Below are positions 1 to 13,005 of a DNA stretch of 64,000 nt, one piece after another. The notes below the pieces were generated by a model. The model saw only the letters and a list, made by a program, of their open reading frames with translations. It did not search any database and was not told the DNA's origin. A program made the position numbers and the translations under genes. The stretch covers positions 99,822,001 through 99,886,000 of the forward strand of contig NC_087472.1 in NCBI RefSeq assembly GCF_036321535.1. Reading direction: 5' to 3'. This DNA is from Camelus dromedarius (lineage: Eukaryota). The stretch's first letter is position 1. Each line of letters opens with the position of its first letter.

Positions 1-729
1 CTATTTGTTCTCCCTGAGCAGTATTGTCTGCAAGAAAAGCCCAGTAAAGGGCTTAGCTTGTTGCTTTCCAGTGGCCGAGGAAGTGGAGGGGCCACTGCAG
101 GTGTAGGGGGCAGGGTGGTGAGATGACGTGCTCTTCAGTTCATGCCACTGTGTCTTGGATTAAATACTATAAATATTTCAGCGCTCATTACTTACTTATT
201 TTGCATAACAAATTTAAGTCCGTAAGCACCCAAGTACGGCACGTATGGACAGTTGAAATGACTGGCCCATGAAACTTCAGCATCTTACCAGTCAGTACTC
301 AAACATCAGCCCTTGTGCTTTTGCCAGATTTTTCTAGACGGTTCTAGACTCAGAAGACTTGGGGCCCAGTTCTAGGTCTGGTCCTCTGGGGCTGCACCAG
401 TTTTTTCCACGGCACATCAGCTCCCCGAGTGAAAAGTCTTTAATTAGCTTAGTGTCCTCTAATCATTTCAGCTAGTTCTCACTTTTGTGCCTGGGGCTGG
501 AAGGAGGTGCAGGAATCTTGTTTTGGGTGAGGACTGGGAAGGGCCGCTCTGCCTTTGCTCACTCCGCCCTGTTGCCAGCTTCTTCGTGGTGCTCCATCTC
601 CCACGCCAGACCCTTCCGGATGCTCCCTTTGGCTGCCTTCTGCTTGAGGAGTTTACATGCTAGCTGGGTGAGATTCATTTGACACCCATGGCTTCCTAAA
701 TGGGCTCTGCCTTTCTCCTGTTTGATCAT

Positions 730-732
<3 letters not shown>

Positions 733-760
<28 letters not shown>

Positions 761-787
761 GCGCGCGCGCGCACACACACACACACA
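733..787. repeat. Compound microsatellite (AC)14(GC)6(AC)7
   Basis: Read directly from the sequence. Confidence 0.95.
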
Positions 788-2591
788 AAACCCTCTTGAC
801 ACCTTGAACGAGATGGAACAGTTTTCACCACTTATCCAATGTTCTCACTGCCCCTTTGTTCTCAGCACAATGTTAGATGGGGAACAGAGGCGCCAACTCA
901 GATCCAGTCTGTCAGTCAGCTCGTTGGTGATACCTACAGCAGGCTGGGCAAAGTCAGTGTTTGTTAATTGACAGGGATTTTTTAGCTTAATTGCTACCTG
1001 TGTCAGGAAAGGAGTGAAATGAAAGTACTCGGTTTTTTGGAGGGCCTGGGAGGGCAGAACGAAGGTAGGGGTGTCACCGACAGAGGAAGACATTTGTAAG
1101 GGGTGGCGGTTTGCACTGTCCCTGTTTGTTAGGCAGAGACGCTGCAGCTGCTGGCCTGAGACATGCTTACATTCTTTTTTTAAAGTTAGTTTTTAGAATA
1201 AGTTAAACGTCCACATGACTCCAAATTTAAAAGATGAAAAGTGCTTATAGTAAAAAGGCTCCCCTCCGTCCCAGTCCTTGGGCTCTCGGTGACCCTCCCC
1301 ATGCACTGTTGATCTTTCTCAGCAGTTCTTCCAGGGAGACTTCGTGCACATGGCAGCAGGTAGGTACTTCTGTGGTCTCCCTGCCTCCGTTTTACGTCAG
1401 GATTCATTGTCAACGGGAAGACACTCTAGTTGCTGATTTTTTCCCCTGGGAATGTGCCTTGGAACTCTGTGCCTGGGTCCTCCCATCTGATTCTATGGAG
1501 GGACAGGTGTATTTTGGAAGAGTTCTCCAGGAGATTCGGCTGTATATTCCTTAGTCTCAACTGATCTAGATTCTTAACTGGGAGAAACTTACCCAATCTA
1601 GACCTCGCTTCTGAACTGAGGAGGTGTCTGCCCACTTTGATGCTGTGTATGTAGTAAGGACTTTCTTCAAGTGAGGAAGCCCAGCAGAGCCTACTTACCT
1701 GAAAAAAGGTTTATTCAAGGGCCACGGGGGCCTCTGATGCAGCCCAAGGGCCCCAAGAAGTCCCAGAACCAGGGGTGGGTCAGCCGCCCTGTGTGCCCCC
1801 TGCCTGGCCCCTTCTCTCCGTGCGCCTCACTTGCAGGGCACGCGCCACAGTTCCATCCACTTGTTAACAGTGGCTTGATTCAATCCCAGTTCCAAATTCC
1901 CATTAGGGCGCTTCTGAGCCCGTTGGAGTTGGTGTCGCTCCCCTGGAGACACACAAGACATGCTCCCTCTGTGCCCACATCTGTGAGGGGAGGGACTTCT
2001 CAGTTTCAATTCTGTGTAAATGTTTAAGGAGGGCCTGCCCCGTGCCAGGTGTCCGCTAGGTGCTGGGACACAGCCATGACCAGACTCAGCTCTGCCCCTG
2101 GAGGTGGGGTGCCTGAGGGCCCCCCTTGGGGCAGTACTAGAGGTGAGGATGCTTGAAAGTCAGCAGCCAGAATACCTGAAGGGGTCCCAGGCCCATTTTT
2201 GCTGGCTTTCTGTGAACAAAGGGGTGGTTGGCGTGAGGTGCTGCTAGAGCCTTCAGGGATGGCCCGGCCACCTTTGGAGTCCCTCTCACGAGGCTCCCCT
2301 GAGGGAGGGCTTCTGATCCGAGTGAGTAACGGGGCTATTTTTACCCGTTGAGACTCTGAATTGTGTAACTGAATTTGTTTTCTTCTTGAAAAGTGTGGCT
2401 GTGACTCTGGGGGCACTTGGATGGGTTGGTGATAGCACGCTCTGGGGGTGGGCTACAGTTGTGACATTGGCTCTTTTAGGGAACCTGCGGGTTTTAAGTG
2501 GAGGAAGAGATGAAGAAAAGCAGCCACCCTGGCCCGGGAGTTAACCACTGGGCAGAGTGATGTAGGTGAGGGGGAAGGGGCCTGGGGCCCC

Positions 2592-3170
2592 TTGTCTGTG
2601 TCTCTCTTCTCTTTTCCTCCTCTCTCTCCTCCCACCCTCCTCTCCCCGCTCCCCCACCTCCTCTCTGCCCCACTCTTTGTCTCCCCCCAAACTTTCTTTT
2701 CCCTTGTACCTTCTCCTGTCTCACTGACCACCTGCCCTCCTGCTCTCTCTCCCCACCTTTTCTTCAGCCCCTTTTTTTGCCCCTCTCCCTCCTTTCCTTC
2801 ATTCTCTCTTCCTCATGCCCTCCCCCACCCTCTCTTCCCCACCCCTCCTCTCCTGTCCCTCCCTCTGTCCTCCTTCTCCTCCAGGCCCCCCCACCTTCTC
2901 TCCTCCTTGCTCCTGCATTCTCCTCCCGCTTCTTACTAAGCCCCTCCTCTTCCTTCCTCCTCTTTCTCCTTCTCTTCCCACCCCTCCACCCCCTACCCCT
3001 CTGGCCTCTAACTCTCCCTCTCTCCCATCCTCCTTCTCTCCCTGGACCCCTGCTCTGTGCTGTCTTGCCGCCCACCTTGGCCAACACTCTCTCTCCCTCA
3101 ACCCCCTTTCTCTCTGGAAATCTCCCCTTTCTCTCTCCTCCCATCTCTCCCTCTAAAGGCTCTCCCACAG
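2592..3170 (+). repeat. ~580-bp C/T-rich low-complexity polypyrimidine tract
   Basis: Strongly C/T-dominated on the + strand, with no fixed repeat unit. Confidence 0.9.
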
Positions 3171-4092
3171 CACTGCCCCTGCCTCAGCATCTTCAACTGG
3201 TAGACCGCCTCCTTTGCGCAGCAGAAAGCACTGTAGCTGCTGAAGCTAGATGCAGCTGTAGTGTGTTCAGTGCGGTCTGAGGTCAAAATGGCCACATGAG
3301 GTTGTGTGGGAACAGCTCCCGCTCCCCCGCAGGGACCCCGGCTCCCCACCAGTGAGGGTAGTTAGTTACCTTAACGGATCACCTCCTCTTGGAGGATGGT
3401 GTAGAGGGCTCCATCCCTGACCGAGGGGAGGGGCAGATTCTAGGATGGAGGTGTCTTATTCTAGTTTCAGTATTCTTTAACTCTGGAAAAATTTTCTGTT
3501 ATAGTGACTCTGTTACAGAGTTTAGAAAATAGGAAGCAGGAGAATTTTAATTCAGCACTCATACAGTACCCCAATACAACCACTTTCATTTTATTTTGGT
3601 GTATGTCTTTCTAGACTTTTTACTATACACTTGTGGATAATGTAATATGTGTATAATGTTAATATATGTGTAGTATATATAATGGTACATCCTGTTTTTT
3701 TTACTTCACAGTCATCTCCAAAGCTAGTGTTTTTAGTAGCTGAAAATTTGAGTTCCTGAATCTTAACTTCTATAACCATTTCCCCACCATTTGAGCATTT
3801 GGGTTGCTTCTGTAAATCTTGATGTTATAAGTAAGAACATGAAGAGCACAATGTTCCCTTTTATCCTTTAAGGAAATCAGATTGCAGACAGGGTGACATT
3901 TCACATCCATTCTTTGTTTCTATAGCCTCCAAATGACTGCAATGGCCCATGCTGATGATAATGGTGGTAAGTCCCTGGGGGTCATTACATGGGGATCGGC
4001 AGGGTACTTGCCGTCCTTGTGTTTGCTTTCAGCTTTAGTTCAAGAAACTCTACTCATATGACTTACCATCCCTTCTATGCTATATGTTCTGG

Positions 4093-4098
4093 GTGTGT

Positions 4099-4143
<45 letters not shown>

Positions 4144-4190
4144 AGAGCGAGACAGAGACAGAGGCAGAGAGAGGCAGGGAGAGAGGGAGA
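4093..4190. repeat. (TG)n microsatellite followed by GA-rich tract
   Basis: Read directly from the sequence. Confidence 0.9.
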
Positions 4191-5464
4191 CGTCTCTGAA
4201 GGAGACTGCTGGTGGGGCTTTGACATTCCACAGCAGGTACTCATTGCGCCACACCATTTTGAGATGATTGATCCTGGCTCAGCGTTCAGCCGTGAGAGTA
4301 GCGGGTACGCAGTGAAGGCGAAAGCCTCAGGGACTTGGTCCCTTCTCTTTTTCATTCTCCCTTCCCTCTCTCCTTTCACTTCACGCTCTGACTGGCATTT
4401 AAAGGGACTTTGTTTCCCAGAACCACAGAGAAAACTGTCCTGAAGGCCCTGGGTCCTCCATGGGACTTCACGTTTGGCTGTGTTGTGGGTCCAAGTTCTG
4501 TACTGACAGGGGGAAGGTTATGACTGTAATAACCCTTCTGGGACTTCCTGGCTTAGGTTTATGTCATGATCATACACTCTCCTGAAAAAAATTGGGCTTT
4601 CAGTTTCAAAGGGCATCAGATAAGGGCGGCTAGAACCCCAGGACCCAGGCTGAGAGAGTGGTCTCAAAGCGCACCTTCTTGCTGTGTCACTTTCGCTAAT
4701 GGACAGCAGTGTGTGAAGTATTCATTCCTCAGCCACCAAGTGCATGTCAAATGCCAGCTGTGGACCTGGCTGAAAGGAGCTGAACATTTCTGATGCCCTC
4801 TCAGGGCCAAGAGTCTGTGAAAGTTCTAAACTTCATGATAATACGTGTTAGGAAGCTTTAGTAGCTAACGGGTACCATATACTTTCTCCTTGTGTTTCAT
4901 TTTCAAATTGTGACCATAACTGGCTGCCTGCGTTCGTAGGACAAACAAGACAGGCAGTACAATACTGCTGTGTATTGGAATTCAGTGAAATTCTCCAGGT
5001 TTTTATTGAATGCCTGTTAGATGTGAGCTCTGATAACCAGAGGAACTCAAAGATATCTAAAGTTCCCCTTGATGCCACATTTTAGTTAACTTTCATTTCC
5101 CCAACTGAGGGGGGGGGGCGGAGATCGTGATGTGATCATCTCATGAACCACGTGATGAAATAAGCAGTTAAACCAAAGGCTGTTTGTTTGAACAAGTTTT
5201 GTTTATCCTGAAAGAAGGAGAGATGTCAATTTGAGGAACACCCATCAAGTTAGAGGACAACTTTCTGAAACAACAGTCATCCGTCAGTCTATGAAACTCC
5301 CTCCTTGCTGGAGGTCTAGAGAGCGACCGAATAGAACAGTGTCTCAAGTGAGTAATGCTGAAGTTCCCTTCACAAGGCAAGCATTTACCAAGAATCTCTA
5401 TTTTGCCTTGAACTTTTAAAAAGGTTGACTAGCTTCATTTATTTATATATTTATATATTTATTT

Positions 5465-5805
5465 AATTGCATTAAAATACATATAACATAAAAGTTACCA
5501 TTTTAACCATTTTAAGTGTACAGTTCAATGACATTAAGTACATTCACATTGTTGTACATCCGTCCGTAGAACTTTTTCCATCTTGCAAAAAGAAACTCGT
5601 AACTGTAACTCCCTGTTCCCCAACCCCATGCCCAGCCCCTGACAGCTCCCATCCTACTTTCTGTCTGAGTTTGACTCCTCCAGGGACCTCATGTAAGTGG
5701 AATCATACAGTGTTTGTCCTTTGGTGTCTGGCTTATTTCGCCTAGCATCATGTCTTCAAGGTTCATTCATGCTGTAGCATGTGTCAGAATTTCATTCCTT
5801 TTCAG
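5465..5805 (-). mobile_element. Old L1 3' end (L1MB-like)
   Basis: TTAACCATTTTAAGTGTACAGTTCAATGACATTAAGTACATTCACATTGTTG…GTAAGTGGAATCATACAG. Confidence 0.75.
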
Positions 5806-6889
5806 TTGTCTTAAACTTTTTAAGTAAAAATGCTACTTGAAAACAATAGGCACTTAACTAGATGTATGCTCCTTTTGCTTTTACCTCATTTGTATAAACC
5901 TGAAACAGATTCAGAAATTAAGGCTAAATTAACCCAGTAAAGCTCAGATCAACACTAATAGGAGACAGTCGTATTTCAGAGATGCTGTCGTTGCTGGCGG
6001 CGTAACAGGGCACCCACACTGCTTGACGTGGCGCTGTCTTTTGAGTTCACTTGGTTTTCCCATCTCTTTTCTTTCTCGAACCACTGTGAGAATCCTTCTT
6101 CACAGAGTGCTCTCTGCAGCCTTTGCGCGGGGTGCTGTGCATGAGAACCACTTCTGAAAGCTGATAGGATATTGATACACACACACCATGTGTTGCGTGG
6201 ACAGCAGCAAGCATCAATGTGTAAAGTATGTCCTCGTGAACCCATCCCTTGAAGTGTGCTCCAGCTCCGTCCTCTCCCCCCACCTTCTCTAGAGGAGACA
6301 GGCATCATGAGTCTTTTAAAAACTCATTTTTCCCTTCTTTTTTAAGAAATAGTTTGATCACTTCCATATGCATCTTCTAAAAACATATTGTCTGGTTTTG
6401 CTTGGTTTTAGTTTTTTTATAAAACCAGCATCCAAACCACATAGAGACTTGTGACTTGCTTGCTGTCTCACTCAGTAGTTCCTTTCTTTGTCCTGTCTGG
6501 TCTTCCATTGTTTGAATGTGCCATTGGGGCTTTGTCCTTCCTCCTGGTGATGGAGTTTTGCTTTGCTTCCAGCTTTTGCTACTCTGAATGGATATCCTGT
6601 CACCACTCTAATAAATGTCTCCAGGTGCCCATATGAAATACATTTTTTTAAAGCTATATAATAAGGCATGGTTTTGCTGGGTTTCAGGTTGGTGGGTTTC
6701 CGAAGTGGTTGTACTAGCATGTTCCTAACAAATTAGTGAATGAACAAACTAAGTAGCGAAGAGGAAAATGTAGTCGTTGAAGGAGCGAATATGTGCGCTT
6801 TAGAAGAGAGTGCCTACTTGGTGTTTCCAGCGTGTGTCCCTAGAGGGTAAACATTTCTGTGCTCCCATTGTGCCCAGCTTTTGGTGTCC

Positions 6890-7120
6890 TCTGCCTCTGT
6901 TGTCACATCTCCTTTTCTGGCTCTTCAGCCTCCCTCTTCCATCTTTTAAAGACCCTTGTGATGACACTGGACCCACCTGGATGATCCAGGACCCCCTCCC
7001 CATCTCAGGATTCTCAACTTCACCACATCTGCAAAGTCCCTTCTGCCAGGTCAAGTAGCATTCACAGGTTCTGGGAGTTGGCCTGTGGACTTATTTGGGG
7101 GGCATTGTTAGGTCTACCGT
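6890..7120 (-). mobile_element. MaLR LTR fragment (MLT1C/D-like)
   Basis: GACCCTTGTGATGACACTGGACCCACCTGGATGATCCAGGA…CACATCTGCAAAGTCCCTT…TTCACAGGTTCTGGGA. Confidence 0.7.
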
Positions 7121-7780
7121 GGAGGGAAGGAAGGGTTCCATTTCTAAAAGGAGGAGGGGATGCTGGGAGATAATTATTAGTCTCTGTTGCATCATATGAC
7201 TGCATTTTTGCCAATCTCATGGCTGTGGCTATATCTTAAAGTATTAAATTGTCAGAGCCGGTGAGCTTGCTGAAGATAGGACTTTGTTTCCTCATACTTC
7301 GTGGTTCTCAGGGTTCACATGTCTAAATAATCACAAAAGCAAACTGTTATTTTTGAGGTCTCCATTCTTTCTCACGAGTGACAATGTCCTCCGTCTATCT
7401 TCTGTTTGCTGTGTTCCTTTCCTGAAGGCCATTTCCAACTGCTGTTCTGCTTGTAGTTTCCTCAGTGAAGCTACCAGAGCTGCTAGCATTCCTAGGATTA
7501 ATTACATGGTGAGTGTATTTGTTGACACATAGTAGGGGCTCAAATGAGTTTAAGATATACAACAAAAGGCCACACCAGCACACTGCCAGAGCCCTCTCCT
7601 GTGTGAAGACCCCCTCATTGTACCTTTTGTGCACACAGTAGGTTCACTGATCAAATATCTCCCCAGTACCTTTTGGCCCTCCACCTTGTGTGTTCATCTG
7701 TTTTCCGTGTATGTGTGGGGGGGAGTGGGGGGGGGCAGACAGAGACAAACACACAGACAGTCACAGATTTTTTTGGCATG

Positions 7781-8163
7781 TGCTATGAACTGAATGTTTG
7801 CATTTATACAAAATTCATATGTTGAAACCCTAATCCCCAATGTGATGGTACATGGAGGTGGAGCTTTTGGAAGGTCATTAGGTCATGAGGTGGAGCCCTT
7901 ATGAAAGGGTTAACACCCTTATAAGAAGAGACAGGAGAGTGCTTGCTTCCCTTCTCTCTCTCTCTCTCTACCCCCCTCTCTCCCCCTCCCCTTCTCCCCT
8001 GCTCTCCTTTCCACTATCCCACCTCATGATATGAGGGTTCTCATCAGAACCGGACCATGCTGGCACCCTGATCTTGAACTGTAAGCCTCCAGAACTGTAA
8101 GGAATAAGTGTTTAAGTCACCCAGTCTGTGGTATTGTTCCAGCACCCGAGACTGACTAAGGCG
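7781..8163 (+). mobile_element. MaLR solo LTR (MLT1A-like)
   Basis: TGCTATGAACTGAATGTTTG…CATATGTTGAAACCCTAATCCCCAATGTGATGG…GCCTCCAGAACTGTAAGGAATAAG…GACTAAGgcg. 5-bp TSD GCATG/GCACG (7776-7780, 8164-8168). Confidence 0.85.
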
Positions 8164-9358
8164 GCACGGAGAGAAGGGGGGCCATGAGAACTACAGTGGG
8201 ATCTACTTGCCAGTCCCTGGGTTTGTCCCTTTGGTGGAAGACTGCAAATTTTTACATCAGTGTTGAGAGATACACAGAAGTTTTGGAAAATAACCCAGTT
8301 TGAATCATCTGAAATTACAATTTTTTTCTTCTGTCAGAATGTAGAAATAACATAAAAACGAATCAAGACTTATCTCTCTGATGAATTCAGAGCATCTTAA
8401 AATGGAGTGCTGGACTCCGTCGTGTGGCCTGAGAGTGGGGGCTGACAACACGGGGCTTATGAGTAATAAGGTTGTGGGAAGGCTGTCCTGGAAATCCAGT
8501 CTAGAAAATCATCTTAGCGTTGTTGGGAAGAGGGAGAGCCACCAACTGTCTCATGGTGCCCCGAGGGGTTTTCCAAGTCTGGAATTGCTCATGTTTGAGA
8601 ATCAGATTGAGATTTCACATAACATTTGAGATCCCTGGCTGCTCTGAAAGACCCAGGCTTCTGGAAACCTTGAGCTGGTGTTCCCGCTTGGCTGCAGTCA
8701 CGGCAGCTCTGTTCAGCTGGGTGAGCATGCGGGTTCAGTTTGCCATGCTCCCTACCACACCCTGTTGCCTCCCAGACATGAGCTGGGATTGACAGCCAGT
8801 GGCTGGAGATAATCAGGCTCGTGCCCTTGTTCTCGGGTCTCCTTAACCTCTTGGGTGCCCTGCCTCTACCCAAGGAGACCATTGAGTGGGCCTTCAAACA
8901 CCCCACACCTCAAGAGTTTGAATTCTCTCCTGAAATTATATCCGGATTGCGCTCTCCTTGCTGAGGCTGAATCATTCTTACAGAGAGAGTGGCTGAAAAT
9001 GTGTAGGTCACAAGAACTTGTGAACCTCTAGGTGAACTGCTGTTTAATGGTGGACTCCGTGTCACTCTCCTTTGAATGTCCCAGTCACACCCGGCAGGGT
9101 TGGTATGTCGGTTTTCATTTGATAACCTTGGGCCCACCATGTGTCTGCCTGACCCACGGTGAGTGAGAAATACCAATAGTTCCCAGTATCCCAGGCTTGT
9201 CCCCCTCATTTGAGAGTTTATTTGAGCACCAAACACCACCAGCATCTGCTGCACTTTCTTTAGACCAGCGTCGTCATTGACATTGGCTGCTGACACGTGT
9301 GTATTGGCTCTTGGCTGGATGTACTTTGGAAGCTGCTGTTTTAAAATAGATTGTCCTG

Positions 9359-9480
9359 GGGGGGAGGGTATAGCTCAAGTGGTGGAGTGCGTACACAAGG
9401 TCCTGGGTTCAATCCCCAGTGTACCCCCTCTGAAAATAAATAAATAAGTAAACCTAATTACCCGCCCCCCAAAATAAAAT
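9359..9480 (+). mobile_element. tRNA-Ala-derived SINE (Vic-1-like, camelid)
   Basis: GGGGAGGGTATAGCTCAAGTGG...GGTTCAATCCCCAGT head, AATAAA-rich body, AAACCTAATTACCC end. TSD AAAATAGATT(G/C)TCCTG at 9343-9358 and 9481-9496. Confidence 0.9.
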
Positions 9481-12400
9481 AAAATAGATTCTCCTGTCAA
9501 GAGCACCCAGGTGGTGGACCTTAAGTGGTAAGAAAAGAAATTTAAAGGCACAGCATAACTGGAGAGTTCTGAATCAGCCCATTTAGGGATGTCTTATAGG
9601 TGTGGGATATAGTTAAGTAAAACCAGGGCCAGTTTGGGGAGTGCTGTGGGAAAACAAATTTCCACACTCCTTGAGGAGGTAGGGTGGGATGAGGGGTAGA
9701 GGTGGGAGTGGGGGTGGGGGTGGGGGGAGGAGCCGGAGGAGGAGCTGAGTGTCATCTGATTTCTGTGTTAGCTCAGCTCCCCCTGCCCCCCCCCCCCCCA
9801 CCCCCGGCTACAACTGGCAGCTTGTTTTAGGAATCTTCTTTATTTTTTTCTTCTGCCATTGATTACTTCCTTCTGATAAGGGGAGGGGTGCTGGGTTGAT
9901 AATTTGTCACGTTTCTATGCACCAATTTTGGTCAGGTAGGGAAAACTTTCCACAGTGGTGACTTAGGAGTCTGCAAGTCTCATTAGTCCTTTGCTGGCTC
10001 CAGTGGCACCATCCTGGGCACCTTCCCATCGCCTCCCTGCCCTCCCTGAGCTCTGCTAGATCTTCGCCTGATCCTGCCATCCGTATTGTAGGCCCTGTCC
10101 TGGGAAATCTTGGCTCTCAGCCTGGAGCTGATGAGTTCTTGCTTAGGACGTGGAAGGGAAGAGCATGCTTGCCTAGACTAATTCATGCCTGCAGCAGTCA
10201 CACGTTCACTTCCCTGGGCTTACAGTTATGAACAGGAAGAAACCACCAATTGAGGATGAGTTATTTATTTTTGAGGGGGGGATCATGAGACATCTTGTTT
10301 ATCTTTACTTGGTCTGCTGGAAAACGCAAGGAAATCCGATTTGTTGTAGCCAGACATCACCCCTCTTCCCTTTCCTCTCTCCCTCCCACCCTTACTCGGA
10401 TGTGGATGCTTCCGGATGCACAGGAGAAGGGTCACCGCTTGAGGAGAGGTCACAGGGCACGTGCTGGCTCAGGAAGCCTCACCAGAGACTGCATGGACCC
10501 CACAGATCATGCTCCGTAGCCTGTAGTTCCTTCGGCGTCAAGGCAAAGACCATGGTTGTCTCCTCCACGCTGGCATCCCTGCACCTGGCCTGGTGTCTCA
10601 GCCAGAATGAGTAGCAAAAGAAAAATATTTGTTGAATGAGTATAAACAGCGGGTGATGTATGACTCTGAAGCCAGAGTCTCGTTTCCCCAGACAGGGCCA
10701 GAAATTGATCTTTAATGGTATTGCTTATTCACATCTCATGTGCATCACATGTGGTCAGGAGCAATGGAGAGAGCGCCGCTCAGAGTCTTCCCTGCTGTTG
10801 GCCCATCATTTTGTAAGGTGTATTCGCACGTTTAAAAGTAAGTGACAGGAACCTTCCTGTGGCTCTTGATGAGCCATTAACAGACATATCTGTTGCACAG
10901 TCAAGAGAAGACTGGTGGTTGGCTCCTGGCACGGGGCGCGCTGTGTCGTTAGGGCAGCTGGCAGGCTGGCTTGTTTTACCGATCCTCCTGGGTCCACCAC
11001 AGAAGAAATCATCTACTTGATCTTTCTCAGTTGCGGTCAGCGTTCAGGCTTGCCACACTTCCTCCCGGGGACGTGATGAAGTGCGTGCATGTGCCCTGGG
11101 CTGTGCAGAGTAGACCTGCGATAAGGGAGTCTGAGGGCTCATTTCTGCAGGGCTCTCATCCTGCATTTTAGGGAAGTGTTGCCAGTCCCCTGTGCGCCCT
11201 GCGCCGCAAGATGTTTTTCTTCTTTCCTCTTGCTCTACTTGATCGTTAGCCTGAACCTGGTCCCTGGTGTTTGGCTTCAGGATTCTTTTCTTCCTCCTTA
11301 GAGAGTAATTGTTTAGAAAATGGCTTCTTGTCAAAAACACACAGTCTCCAATATCATAAATTGGTAGTAGAAACTCCTCTGTCATTTGGCTTAATATTTT
11401 AACCGTTGCTAATGGGTGAGAGATGGCAGCATGTTGGCCGGTCCCTGTGGAAGCCGTGGGGCGACCAGACCACTGGCTGGCTGCTTTTGTCAGTGTGTGA
11501 ACACTCATTTGGGGCCCAGCCCACTGTCCACAGGCACTCCAATCTTTTAATGCTTTCATTCTTCGGAGAATTATAGAAGCCATATGCTGCTTCACAGGTA
11601 ACTGAAACTTGCTAGAAATAGAGCTTAAACGACCTCACTCTTCTGGCATTGGAAATCATGGCTTGTTCTTCTTAGGCCAGCCTTTGTTAGCCCTACCTTT
11701 TTTCAAGCCCGGTTAAGAGGAATCACAGAGCAAGGCTGTTGTCAGTTGGACGCTGTTAGAGTTTGACCCCTGCTCCCAGCCTGTTGGAAGGAGAATCCAC
11801 AGCTCTTGAAAGGTAGAGGGCTGACCACCATGTGGCTCCCTACCTCACCCGCACCCTCTACCTGGGAGACTTCTGCTGTGCATTTAGGGTCCTTGCCACA
11901 AGAAAAAGACATTGAGAAGAGTGAATTCTGGCTCTCTGTGAGGTTAGCGCACTGGCCAAACAAATAACCGAAACGGACTGGAACGCACCGATTGGAGTGC
12001 GGCATTGGAGACCACCCACCCGGAGACCCACACCCACGCTCTGTGGGGTGGGGGTGCGCTCACGTGGGAGTTGCCATCGCTATTCTTAGTTGCAAATCGA
12101 TGCGTTCAGTGATAGGCAAGGAGAGGCTTAACTTCCATTGCTCATTTCATAAGTAATAATCTCATTTTACTATCCCCATTCTTGCCCACCTTCAGTTACA
12201 GAAATAACTCTGAGTGGGTTTTCTTTTTACAGATCTGTGTCAGATACCTCATCAAAATGGCACAGGCGAACTGTTCCATTTAGAATTGCCCTGTGACACA
12301 AAACCACATGTGTTTGCCGTCCCTGTGCACTGGTCTCTTCGGAGGGAAGGCCTAAGAGAATGGAGGCCGGTGGCAGCTAGTGGCATGGAGCCAGGCCTTC

Positions 12401-12509
12401 AGGCGAGGCAGCTTGAAAGTGCGGTGGACTTTGCAGAGGTGGTTTTACTTAGGTAAGACTCACTTAGTCACTAGGCTTGAAACAACCTACTCTTGTGGAT
12501 TTGACACCC

Positions 12510-13005
12510 AGCCGTGTTCGTTGCTGCCATAACAAATTTCCACAAAATCAGTGGCTTAAAACAGCACAAATTTGTTGTCTTCCCGTTGTGGAGGTCAAAA
12601 GTCTGATGTGGGTCTCACTGGACTAAAATCAATGTGTGGAAAGGGCTCTGTTGCTTTCCGGAAACTCTAGGGAGCGTTCCATTCCCTTGCCTCTGCCGGC
12701 ATCTTGGGACTGCTCCTCCTCCTTGGCTCAGGGTCCCTTCCTCCATCTTCAGAGCCTGCACCAGTGGCTCGTGTCCTTCTCATGTCACATCACCCTACCC
12801 TTCTCTTTGTCCCCAACTTAGACTTCTGAGGAGCCTCAGGATTATGTTAGGTCCACCTGGATAATCCGGGCTAATCTCTCTATTTTAAGGTCAGCTGATT
12901 AGCAACCTTAATTCCATCTGAAACTTTAATGTCCCTTTGCTGTGCATTCCCAGGTTCCAGGGGTAATGGTGTAAGCATCTGGAGGGGGCACTGCTCTGCC
13001 TACCA
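12510..13005 (-). mobile_element. MaLR solo LTR (MLT1C-like)
   Basis: GCTGCCATAACAAATTTCCACAAA…GTGGCTTAAAACAGCACAAATTT…GGGTCTCACTGGACTAAAATCAA…CTGCCTACCACA. Confidence 0.8.

Noticed and set aside
2453..3280. Cluster of Pro/Ser/Leu-rich and Gly/Arg/Glu-rich ORFs
   Set aside because: Artefact of the polypyrimidine tract, which lacks stop codons on both strands.
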